Of a stretch of DNA of 64,000 nucleotides, positions 49,394-61,793 are shown one piece after another (positions within the stretch are counted from its first letter, which is position 1; every line of letters starts with the position of its first letter). The stretch comes from Sminthopsis crassicaudata (taxonomy: Eukaryota), in the NCBI RefSeq assembly GCF_048593235.1, contig NC_133620.1, positions 61,630,852 to 61,694,851 of the forward strand, given 5' to 3'. Under the pieces are notes generated by a model. The model saw only the letters and a program-made list of their open reading frames with translations. It was not told where the DNA came from and did no database searches. Both the position numbers and the translations under genes were made by a program.

Positions 49394-52300
49394 ATGGAGA
49401 AAGGTGGGAACATACAATTGGAGATCCCTGACTTTAGCAACTCAGTCCTGAGCCACCTCAACCAGCTGCGCATGCAGGGGCGTCTCTGTGATATTGTGGT
49501 CAATGTGCAAGGACAGGCTTTTCGGGCTCATAAAGTTGTGTTGGCTGCCAGCTCGCCCTATTTCCGGGACCATATGTCCTTGAATGAGATGAGCACTGTG
49601 TCTATATCGGTCATCAAGAATCCAACTGTTTTCGAGCAGCTCCTTTCATTTTGTTACACTGGGAGGATCTGTCTGCAATTGGCAGATATCATCAGTTACC
49701 TTACGGCTGCCAGTTTCCTACAGATGCAGCACATCATAGACAAATGTACACAGATCCTGGAGGGTATACATTTCAAAATTAATGTAGCAGAAGTTGAGGC
49801 AGAATTAGGACAGACAAGGACAAAGCATCAGGAGAGACCCCCAGAATCTCACAGAGTCACTCCCAATCTAAACCGCCCCCTCAGCCCACGTCACAATACA
49901 CCAAAAGGGAGCCGAAGAGGCCAAGTTAGCACGGTGCTGGACATCAGGGAGCTAAGTCCCCCCGAAGAATCAACCAGCCCCCAGATAATTGAGCAGAGTT
50001 CTGACGTGGAAAGCCGGGAGCCCATTCTTCGGATTAACCGAGCAGGACAGTGGTACGTGGAAACGGGGGTAGCCGACCGGGGGGGTCGGGGTGATGATGA
50101 GGTGAGAGTTCTGGGAGGAGTTCGGATCAAAACTGAGAATCTGGAAGAGTGGCTTGGGACGGAGAATCAGCCCTCCGGAGAAGATGGAAGTAGTGCCGAG
50201 GAGGTTGCCGCCATGGTGATCGACACCACAGGCCACGGGTCTGGAGCACAAGAGAGTTATGGCTTGGGGTCTTCGGCGCCCAAGGCCACTCGGCCTACCA
50301 GCAGTGAAATGGACAGGTAAGGTTCCTTTTGCACCTTTGCAGACTGTCACTCAGGTACCACTGATCCAGGCCATCTCTCTGGTTTAGAGAGCATCTTCCC
50401 TCCCTGTTGCTTAGACGAAATAAGAATTGACTCTGTTGGGGAAATTGGAGGTGTGCCAAAAGACTTGCATTCTTATTTTTTTAAAGCAGGAAGCTCCTAG
50501 TCCTGAAGTATTCACAGTGTTGTGAGAACTATGGTAAAGTTAGACACTTCCATGAATCAGAATAGCATCTGCAGCCACACTAGCGTCAGTAATTGCCAGG
50601 GCTTCCTCGGATTCGAGGCAGGGAGCTGACCGTCAGCTGGGGACCAGGCGGCCTTTCCCTTCCTGGGTATGTTATTGCACAGGTAGGTGGCTTGGGGGAG
50701 TTTCCCTTTCCTTTATGGTCCTGCTTTGCTTTTCTTTAGCTGCCGCTTCCAAAGGAGGCTTTGCTGTGGTCCTGGTTATTCTTTGGCTCTCTATGGCAGT
50801 AGTGTGAAGCCAAGGAGATTCTTCTGGGATGGAGAATTTCTTTCTCAGCTTGCCATTGGAATATATTTTCTGGCTGGCCTTGATCAGTGGCCACCACTGC
50901 CAAGGGCCTAACCATTTCATTATTTTTTCTCTTTGTTTCCCCACTTTTCTCTTTTTAACATGCTTCTATATAAGTAGCTGAGGACATGTCTTTAAGGGAA
51001 AAGAAGTACAGGTGTTAATAATGGAATTGAGTTGAAAGTACATTAAGCATTTTCCTCCAAAATTTAGATTGGTTACTTGCAATCCAAAGAGAATATTCTG
51101 CTGTTTTCTCTATTGTCAATAAATGAATTTTGACTGCATAGACCAGGGGTTCTCAAACTATGGCCCCGGGGCCAAATGCGGCCCACTGAGGACGATTATG
51201 CAGCCCACTGGGTTATGGCAAATGGGCTGAGGGGCGGAGACAGAGTGTGAGTTTTTGTTTTTACTATAGTCCGGCCTTCCCACAGTCTGAGGGACAGTGA
51301 ACTGGCCCCCTATTTAAAAAGTTTGAGGACCACTGGCATAGACAATCGATCTACAACATATTACTGGCCTGTTAAGACCTTGTTGCAGAGATCAATAAGT
51401 GCCATAGAGATGCAAATAACCCAGGACCTCTCATATCTTCATTTAGTAACATTTTAGATATTTTCTCTCTTTTATTCCTTTACTCATGGAGAGTATATAG
51501 ATAGATAAATAGCACTTTTAATTGACCATTCTGATTTCTATGCCCCAAGATTTGGCCAGTGATAAAAATAACTGAAGTTTTAATCCAAGTGATTCAGAAT
51601 TTTATTTAGCTTCTATCACTCATTTTTAAAAATATAAGTTGGTGGTATTTGATCCCTTACTAATTTAAAATGTAATGGGACACACAGACTCTGAATAGGC
51701 TCAGAATTATAGACCTAGCGCGAATTTTAGTTCATTGAATCATATTACAGATTTCTTAGGTTTTTTTTCTAGAAGTGTTGTGACAAAAGGAGTTTATTTA
51801 CATATTGTACCTCAGTGCTATTAGGTCATTATGTACCATTGATCTCATATTCTGCAAAATGGTTTTTCTTTGATTTATGGGACCAAATGTGATTTTTTTA
51901 ACTTCGTCAAAATGGACCCAGTGTGAGCATTTCTTAATTACTATGCTGAAAATTATCATATTGTTCCATATGCTTTCCCCTTCATTATCCATAGGCTAAG
52001 GGAATGACCTCATCACTTGGAAGTTCTTTAACCGTACTTTTCTGTTACCCCATTTATGCTCCTTTGTCGACAGATTTAGCCCTTCTGGCAGTGTTGTCAC
52101 CCTGACGGAGCGACACCGAGCCCGAAGTGAATCTCCTGGGAGAATGGATGAGCCTAAGCAACCCAATTCCCAGGTATGTAGTGACAGATCTGAAGGACTT
52201 TGTTGAAATTCAAGGGTGCATTTCAGCAAGTATAGTGTTATCTTTTTTATTTTATTTCTTTTAATCACCTTGGGAAATCTTTGGTTAACATTGTTTTTGA

Positions 52301-55300
52301 ATTACTGGAAAAATAAAGGTTGAAAGGCAAGGGAATCTTAAATGTTATATTTAATGTTCTCTTGTTATTGCCAAACACTTGTTCTGCAACGCTCAAAAAA
52401 AATATTCTTTTGGTGAAGGTTGAAGTTTGGAAAGAAGAAGCAGGAATACAATGTAGCATTTCTTGTGGAATACAGGGACAGCTTGTATTCTAGGAAAAAT
52501 TAAACTAACTTCTGACAAAGTACAACCAAGAAGAGCAGGATTTAGTGGCTGCTCTAATTGGTTGTGCATTTAAATGGATGAAAGAATGAAAAGATTTTTA
52601 TTAAGCATTTGCAATTCACGTTTTTGTATATTCTCATTTGTATTAGACTTATCTAAATAAATCATAAAGTACTAGAGAACAGGAACCATGTCTTCTGTTT
52701 TCTTTATATTTAGCCACAGAGCATATTTCTGGTTTTGACCAGTGAGCACTGTACAAAAGTTGAACTCCTTGCTTATATCTGAAATAGTATCTCATATGGT
52801 AGGCCAACTGAGGACTAGAAGAAGCAGGTGTCAAGTGAAAACAAAGAATGAATTTTGAGCTGTTCTGTCATTCTTCTCTGGCTAGTTACTTAGAGAAGTA
52901 ATAGAGGTTTTTGTTGTTGTTGTTGTTGTTGTTTGTTTTAATAATTTCATTTAAGACACTGAGAAATGAGAACTACAAATGAGAGGCAGTGAATAGAGTC
53001 CTGGACTTGGAATCAAGAGACTAGGTTTCTGATCGCACCTCAGCATGTAGTAGCTGTGTGATCCTAAGCAAGCCATTTCCTGTTTATGAGCTTCAGCTTT
53101 TTATATGTATGTTGATTCTGCTAGCCTACCTTAAAGAAATATGAGGGAAATGCTTCATAAACTTATTGTTCCAAATAAATGTGCATTATTATCAATTCTA
53201 GCACACGGTTAATATTTTGTTCAATTTGTAGTTATTGATTTAACCTCATTTCTTTTACTAGACTTGTGTTTTGTTATGGGGAACTCACAGTGAGGAATCT
53301 ACCAGTGCAGATTGGCACCTGGCCTTCAAGCTTCAGTCTTAAACAGTTAACTAGAGTGCTGAGGGGGCCTGCCTGTTATTTGAATACTTGCATTCATACT
53401 GTGTTTATGGTATCATAAAAAAAAGTGCCATTATTACCATGGAAATTTTTTTCTTCTGATATTAGGGAAAAAAACCCAGCAGCAAATTAGAGCTATAAAA
53501 TAAAAGCTTTGTTCAAGTGATAGTCACATTTGGGGATATGTTTTTTTTTTCCTCAAGCCTCTAAAGAGGGATGTAATTTCTATATAAAGGTAACTATTAT
53601 GCAAATAAATGTGTTAATAAGCAAATAAAATAAACATCTCACAGGAAGCTAAGACCATTAACAATTACTAATTCACCAGACCATTTAAATTGGACCAGAG
53701 AGTCAGTCACACACCAGCATATGCAGACATATGGCAAAGTGAATAGTGTAACATAGTGTAACATACAATAACATACAAGTCTTTAAATTAAACTGACAAA
53801 CTGGGACCAGATAATTTTTAATCTATGATTTATCCAGCTAAAATAAGGGAAGGAAAGGCTTTCAAGACCACATTTAGAGTGTTACATTTGATATATCATA
53901 TTGGGAAAATGGTACATATGAACCAACTAAGTTGTTTAGTTGTTCAGACTTGATATAAAACAAAATAGTGATGTTCTAAAACTTTAGTCATTCGTCAGCT
54001 CTTCATTTATAGTATTTTTCTCCTCTTAATTCTTCAAATTTTTGCGAAATAATGCTGTACATTATGAGAAATTATTAATAACCAATAATCTAGAGGTCTA
54101 TTCAGAGCTCTCCTCTTCTGAAACTTTAAAAGTTCAGTCTAAAGCACATTACTGATAAGATTAACTCTTCTTTAATCTTAACCCAACCTAGCCTGGGGAA
54201 TCCTATTATGGTCTAGAATCTTCCTAACTAGACTGATCCTACACCTGGAAAAAGGCCACCTACCTGAGAGCCAGGGTGGCTTCAGAAAAGGCTCAGGAAC
54301 AGCCGATAACAGTGTTTACTCTCCAACAATTCCAGGAGAAATGCCAGGAACAGAACAGAGGTCTGTGTACAACGTTTGTAGATATGACCAAGGCCTGTGA
54401 TGCTGTTAATCACTAGAGTTTATGGAATATTGTGTCAAAAGTTGGTTGCCCAGAGACACCAACAGAGGACGTCAGTTTCATGGCGGCATGCTTGCCTGGG
54501 TTCTGGGAAACGTGCAGTGCTCTCGAGCTTTCCCAGTCACCAGTGAAGTGAAACAAGGCTGTGCGCTTTTGCTCCCCTACTTTTTAGTGATATTTTCGAC
54601 ATGTTAAATGCCTTCAATGAGGACAAACCTGGAATCAAAGTCAGCTACTGCACTGCCAATAAATTCTTCAACTTGAAAAGCCAAAACCAAAGTGGAGAGA
54701 GTGTTGGTGCATGATTTTTTTTTTTTATTTGCGAATGATTAGATACACTCTGAAGCTGATTACAAAGTATGGATCAGTTCTCTGCTGCTGGTGCTAATTT
54801 TGGCCTAACACCACAAGAAAACACAGGTGCTCCATCAGCCAGCACCACACCATCCATGTGCAGAGCTGTTAGTTATAGCAGATGGTGTGAAATTTTGAAT
54901 GCTGTGGGAAAAGTTCACTTGCCTTGGCAGCATACTTTCCAGGGATATCCACATCGATAATGAGGTTGACACATAGATTGAGATAACTCATTGTTTGGGA
55001 GACTCCAAAAGAAAGTGAGGGAGAGGAAAGGAATTAGACTGCCCACCAAACAAGGTCAACAGACCCTTTGTGCTGACCTCATTGTTGGATGCCTATGAGA
55101 CCTGGACGGCATACCAGCACCGTGCCAGGAAACTGAATGGCTCCATCTGAATGTCTTAGGAAGATTCTGAAGCTCACCTGGCAGGATAAAGTACCAAACA
55201 CTGAGGTTCTTTCTTGAACTAAACCGCCAAGCATTCCAGCCCTACTGCAGAGAGCATGACTCCATTGATCTGGCCACATTGTTTGAATGCCAAACATACA

Positions 55301-56419
55301 CTTGCCCAAAAAAAATTATTTTATGAAGAACTTACACGGGGCAAACACTCAAAAGGTGTTCAGAAAAATCAATACAAAGACACTCTCAAGATCTCTCATA
55401 AAAACTTTAAAATTGATTGTATGACCGACACTGGCCCAGGTCTGCCCAGCATGGTGTGCCCTCATCAGAGAGAATTGTGCTCTATGAACAAATCAGAATT
55501 GAATTAGCTCAAAAGAGAGATGCACAAAGTTAGAGAATCCACCCCAAAGGTTCAGAGTCCAACCTGTGGCAGACATTGTGAGTTCCTTTGGTCTTATCAG
55601 CCATAGTTCGATACACTGTAACTCGACTTTAACATGGCAATGTCATTTTGGTCCTTTGAGAAGAAAGGACAAAACCCAACTATCCAACTCCAGAGGAGAG
55701 CGGAGAAAGGTCTTCAGCACAAGATGGGACTAGAATTGAATCTTAAAGGTAGCCAGGGAAACTGAACAGCAGAGGTGATGGAGCAGAATATTCTGGAATG
55801 AGACAGACCTCACATGTGAGGGAGGAGCAGCAAGGAAGTTGATGAGACTGAGATTTCTGAGAGTGTGGTGGAGGGAGGGGAGGAATAAAGTATATGAAGA
55901 CCAGGAAGGTAGGAAGGGGCCAGATTGGGAAAGGCTTTAAATGACAACTAGACTTTATGAGAATATTTCAAAAGTCTTAGTGCTATGTTAAACTATAATA
56001 GCTTAAATAGCTTTTAACATGTTTCATCATAAAACTGCACTAAGACTTTGAACACCTCATCTATATCTGAGGAGTGAAATGTTGAACTATTGGAAAGTTG
56101 GATTAAGTTAGGGTTCCTTAAGGATGGGGGAGGACCAATTCTAGCTTGGGGGAGACAGATCTTTTTGTCTAGATAAAGGTTTTGGGAGGGAGGTCCGGAT
56201 AGAAATAATTTCTCAGGGCCTTCTCCCTCCCCCAGAAGGGTATCTAAACTGTGAATCCCACTGCTATTAGTCTAGAAGAGTTAACCATCCTTTTTAATGT
56301 GCTGATTTTATTAATTGATTAAATTATCAGAAATTGTATCTCTCAAAACTTTAAACATCACAGTATCCATTTCTCTTGCCCTCTGTTGAAACTACTAGAC
56401 ACTTGTCTCATTAGACAAC

Positions 56420-56450
<31 letters not shown>

Positions 56451-59400
56451 GGTGAAGCAATTAAGGTTAAGTCACTTAGGGTCACACAGCTGGGAAGTGT
56501 TAAGTGTCTGAGATCAAATTTGAACTCAGGCCTCCTGAATTCAGGGCTGGTGCTCGATCCACTGCGTCATCTAGCTGCCCCTTAGACAACACTTTTTTGA
56601 AGAAATAAGAGAAAAGGATTTAGGATTAATTAAATAGTCCTCCAGATATCTGCAATACTTTTTGGTTTGGTTTTTGGCTTTCTCCTCCCCTTCTACAGCA
56701 GCACCTTCACCTCACCCCCACCAATTTCCACTGTCATTCTGGTCTCAGCTTAACATAGTTACTTTCTGCACATTTAGAAAAAAAAGTATTTTTCTGTTTC
56801 TGATGTCTACAGAAATCAACAGGGTTGAGAAATTTAGTAAAAACCTCAATGATGAAATTTTAATGCAACACTTTGGAAAAAAAGCATTCTGTAAATCCAA
56901 GATATTGTTTCCAAAAAAATAATCAATCTTCATCTTATAGTTTCCTTCAGTTGAGAAGAACTGATGTGTGTATTGATTCATTCAAATGAATGGATAAATG
57001 ACTTCATTGTTCAGTTATAGATGTTCAAATTAGACTAAAAAATAAAGTTGTTAGTATTTGATCTTCACAAAGAGATAAAAATCAAGTTTTCTCCATGCCA
57101 TGAAAATCTGCTTTTAATTGCCTTAATTCAACATTCTTCTGAAACTAACCTTGATTTTTTCATCATCCACATATTATCTTCTTAAATAACTAGCAAAAAG
57201 AAAAATAAATTTCTTTTATAATAACTCTAAGAGTTCATTGTCTAATTAGAAAGGAAAAGAATGTAAATGCTACTTAGTCATAATTCTCAAATTTTCTGTT
57301 AAATTTAGTACCTCTCTGTAATAAAATAAATTTAATTATCCCCCAAAAAATGTTACTCTAAAATCTGTGGGAAGTTGGAAAAATATTAACCATGTCATAT
57401 AACTTGGACGTGACTTCCAGCTGCTTAAACTAATATAAAGCTTGTGTATATGACATATATAAATTATATGATGTGAGGTAGGCAATATGAAGAGATAATT
57501 GACAACATCAGTTGAAAATATGCATCTCCTCTGTTTTTTAGGTATTTGTTGTTTTCTAAGCATTTCAAAAGCAGGAACGTGTCTTAAAATAGTTAATTTT
57601 TTTTTTCCAGTCCAGACCTATTATGACTTCACTGGTATAGGGAACCCCTAAGTATCCAAATTTCCTTTGCCAATGCAGATCAGAACCTGTTCTACTACAT
57701 TGTGTTAGGATACCTGAGGCATCAAGAGGTTAAGGGAATTGCCCAGGCATGTTGCCAACATGTGCAGGCTGGCTTTTCAGCCTATGCCACATTATTCCTC
57801 AGTGAATTATAATACTTTATGTTATGTTAGAAAACATTCTCACATGTGTTATCTTATTTGCTCTTCCACCAACTATTAGAGATATGTTTGTGTTATTGTT
57901 TCTTTTTACAGATAACATTCAGGCCCAGAAAGATTGACTGATCTGGAGTTATATCCAAATTGAAAGTCAGAGCTAAGACTTAGGAACCCAAAGCCAATAG
58001 TCCTTCCATTACATGCTGCCAATAACTGTCCAATTGAATTGTGAGAACTCAATAAGTTTTATGGGTTGATTACTTTCAATGAACTTTTCATAATATAAGT
58101 ATATAGGATGTTAAATTTATAATTCAATCTAGGTTCTCTTTCTAGTTGTTGTTGTTTGGTTTTTTTTCCCTAGTTTTCTCTGAGGTGTTGGGTCAATGAC
58201 TTGTCTGTGAGAGTAGTATAAAATGTTGGGAATATATTGAAAAATCACTAATAATGTTTCAGAGAAAAAGTTATTGCCTGCAACTTGTGCTTTTATAGAA
58301 ACTTCAAGTTGGAAAACAATTATCTAATATAGTTTAACTTAAATTGAATTGAAATATGCTTCCTTTTAATTTCTACTTAGTGGCACTAGTTTTGCCTTCT
58401 GAGGAGCCCCATGAGAGTTGATAGGACTCTGGACTTGCAATCAAGAAGACCCTTTTTTTTCCCCCCCAAATATATTTTTTAAGGAATTGTTTTCTTTAAT
58501 CAATTTTTGTGCTTTCTTTTCCAAGTTGTTGGCTTTCCCCAAAAAACTTTCATAATTGTCCTACATAACTCTTATTTCCTTTCTTCAGTTTTCTTCTATC
58601 TCTCTTTTAAGATCCTTTTTGAACTCTTCCAAAAGATCCTCTTGAGCTGGAAACCAGTTTATTTCCCCCTTTTCAAGCTTCACCAGAAGGCATATTGCCT
58701 TTAGTGTCCTCTTCTGGGTTTGTGTTCTGATCTTCCCTGTCTTCATAGCAGTTTTCTATAGCCAAATTCTTTTTGCTTTTTCACTCATTTTTAAAATTTG
58801 AGCTCTGCTCTTAAGGCATAGGGGAGATTGTCCCAAGGTTGCAGGGGGACAGGGACTTCTCACTGACTACATCGAGGCTTGCAATGCTACAGGCTTTCCT
58901 GCTGCATTGGACCTGGCTAAGTCCTGCCTGGTTTGCTGGTGTATGAGGATTCACAATTTGCCTTCTGTAATTGTCTTGGAGGACTCACAGCTGGTCTGCT
59001 GATCCACTGGCCTGCCTCCTGAACCAATACAGAGTAGTCAGCTGTCAAGTGTATTTTGGCTGAGGGCCTCCCACTAAATTCCCTGCACCAGGCAGGGAAT
59101 GTAATGTACTTTTTCTCTAAATTGTAATCATTCTCTTGGAGCAGATCTCTTGGGGAGCTTCTGGAGGCAGCCTTAGTTTCAGTTCAGTTCAATAATCATC
59201 CCAAATGCAGTCAGGAGTTAATCCAACTCTTTTATCGTCTCTTCCAAAATCTTATCTCCTTCATTTGGAGCTTGGCTAATTTTCTGGATGTTTTCCTTGG
59301 TTCCCGAGAGCTCTTGTCCGAATGTCTCCAGCTAGCACAAAGGTGGAAGTGGGGATGAATCTTGACTCTGAATCTCCCGAAGTTCCCTTGAAATTCTCCC

Positions 59401-61793
59401 AAAGTCCTGAGAGCTTCTCACTTACATGTCCCACACTGAGTATACACCAATCATTATATTACAAGGAAACCATTATTTGTTGTAGGATTAAATCAATGCT
59501 AAATTAGATTTAACCATTGTCTCCTCAATGAGTGGAAACTCAGTACCTTGTTTCAAGTTCTGGCCCATAACATCTCTTTGTAGGATTAAATCAATCATAC
59601 TGAACCATGCTAAATTAGATAATTATTGTCTCTATTCATTCCAGTGACTTAACACCTTATAAGAATCCTAACACTCCTCTGCCTCAGATCTCCCTGCCCT
59701 AGGCACATTTCTCCCTGCCCAATGAGACAGACCTTTCCTGACATCCTTCCAAGATATCTAAAGCTAAAGAATTATTACATTCTGAATGTTTGTCGGTTTT
59801 GTTGCTCCAAAAATCCTTTCAGAAGCTTGATCTAGCATTGATTCTGAGGGAAAGTGGGGGAGAACTCAGATAATGTCCTGTCTACTCCTCACTATCTTGA
59901 CTCTGCCCCTCCAAGACTTAAGTTTAATAATTTCGTCACTACCTGTATGATTGTGGCAATTCACTTAACCTCTTTGAGCCTCAGTTTCCTCATCTGGAAA
60001 ATAATAGTATTAAATTCCCTGGCCACAAAGGTCCCTTCCTGCTTTAAATCTTTGATTGTATGAACTACACAGAATAAATTAATTCTTTTTTATGCCCTCA
60101 AAATTAATCTTGTTTTCTGCCTTTTTGTCTTTAAATAACTAAGTAGTGTATGTTTCCACAGTTTGTTATTTTGGTATTTGATTTATGTAGATGGATCAGA
60201 AAGACCCATCAGTTCAACATTGTTTATTAGCCTGGTAAAAAAAATTGTTTTAGTTGGTCTTCTGTTGTCTCACTATTGCAAGGTAGTCTATCGAACAGGT
60301 TCTTTAGAAGCATCTAGTATCAATCAGAAAGTAACCTTTAATTTTCTTGCTTTTTATTTGATAATGAAGCAAAATACTTCAAAGAGAGATGAGCAGCCCT
60401 GAAAAGGGCTCAGCAAGCCCTCCTAAACAGAGTGTTGGTCTTTGAACATTCATGTCCCCCATCTTGGCAGATGGGCTAAACCAAGCTGAGGAGAACTGAC
60501 AGACCCCAAACCCAGCAGGTTAAGGAAACTGTCTACCCCAAGCCTATGAAGCCTATTTCTTCAGTCCTGTCCTTTCCACCTCACCCTAGTAGAATGAGCA
60601 GGTGAAAACAATTTGTTCCAATGACCATGAAGGTGGACCTGTGGAACACGTAGAGCTTGGTTAGACATGGAAGACACTGTGATTATTCACTGCACTCCTG
60701 GCTATTGCTGTTCCTCTTGACTTTTGTTTTGCCACTGGATTCCAATGACTGAGAGAGAGATGGAGACTAAGTGAGACTCTCTATGCAAGTCTCCCTCGTT
60801 TAAATCCAATTCACATGTAAGTGAAGACATTACCCATGATGTCATTGGTCCTCTTTGAAAATGAAGAACGGAACTATTCAAATGTTTGATGTAAAGTTTG
60901 TCAGAGATTTAAGAATTCCCAACCATAATAACTTAATGAGAACAGGACTTTAAGAAACAGAATCTTGCCAATTTTTTTTTTCATTTTATTTCTGTGCTTA
61001 AAAAATGCAGGTGTTTATTTAAAAAAATTTTTTTCCCTTATATCTAGTAATTCCATCAATCTTTGGTTCTTTACCTCATTCCTCACCCTAGATATTTCAT
61101 TTGATCTTTCAGCAAATCCCTTAGGTAGAATATAAGTATTGGGTAGTATAGGTAGTATACTAGTGTTACAGATAATAAAATTGAATCCCAAAGAGGTTGA
61201 ATAGCCTGAGATCACATAGGATGTAATAGGTTTTTTTTGAAATAACATATTTGGATTTACTTGTATCTAATATTTTATGTGTATATTTTCCATTCTTGGT
61301 GCAGGTTGAAGAGTCAGCAATGATTGGAGTAAGTGGCTATGTGGAATATCTTCGTGAACAAGAAGTGTCTGAGAGATGGTTCCGATACAATCCCCGTCTC
61401 ACCTGCATCTATTGCGCCAAATCCTTCAACCAGAAAGGTAGCCTGGACCGCCATATGCGCCTCCACATGGGAATCACACCTTTTGTCTGCCGAATGTGTG
61501 GCAAGAAGTACACCCGCAAAGATCAGCTGGAGTATCACATCCGCAAGCACACGGGCAACAAACCCTTCCACTGTCACGTTTGTGGCAAAAGCTTCCCCTT
61601 CCAGGCCATCCTGAACCAGCACTTTCGCAAGAACCACCCAGGCTGCATGCCCCTCGAGGGGCCTCACAGCATCTCCCCTGAGACAACAGTCACATCCCGG
61701 GGACAGGCTGAGGAAGAGTCACCCCCACAGGAAGAGACAGTTGCCACTGGGGAGACTGCACAGGGATCTGTATCCACCACTGGGCCCGATTGA
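49394..61793 (+). CDS. ZBTB37: BTB/POZ and three C2H2 zinc finger transcription factor, 503 aa
   Basis: join(49394-50316,52074-52173,61305-61793) = 1512 nt. BTB domain (LNQLRMQGRLCDIVVNVQGQAFRAHKVVLAASSPYFRD). Fingers CIYC…HMRLH, CRMC…HIRKH, CHVC…HFRKNH. GT-AG introns. Confidence 0.97.
51144..51335 (+). mobile_element. Non-autonomous hAT (OC1/OposCharlie-type) MITE, 192 bp
   Basis: TIRs CAGGGGTTCTCAAACT / AGTTTGAGGACCACTG. Perfect 8-bp TSD GCATAGAC (51136-51143, 51336-51343). Confidence 0.92.
54190..55681 (+). mobile_element. 5'-truncated, decayed RTE-clade LINE (reverse transcriptase region and 3' end)
   Basis: Frameshifted RT motifs (LPESQGGFRK, QQFQEKCQEQNRGL, FVDMTKACD, FPVTSEVKQGC, LFAND). 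Ends ggtcctttgagaagaaaggacaaaacccaac. Confidence 0.88.
56428..56581 (-). mobile_element. Young CORE SINE (antisense) with a long poly(A)
   Basis: Reverse complement of the family at 28239. TSD TTAGACAACACTTTTTT on both sides. Confidence 0.9.
58480..59830 (-). mobile_element. L1 5'UTR/ORF1 fragment (antisense) with a nested LTR-like insert
   Basis: Similar to the antisense L1 at 22900-23850 (tttttcactcatttttaaa…gctctgctc…ggggagattgtccca). Confidence 0.7.
59100..59673 (-). mobile_element. Probable solo ERV LTR
   Basis: TG…CA termini, internal direct repeat ttgtaggattaaatcaat…gctaaattaga, and a CCAAT motif. Interrupts the L1. No TSD could be discerned. Confidence 0.5.
60395..60880 (+). mobile_element. 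RTE-related non-autonomous retroposon
   Basis: Same 3' tail family as 25970-26115 (gccactgga…aaatccaattcac…gatgtcattggtcctctttgaaaatgaagaac). Confidence 0.6.
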
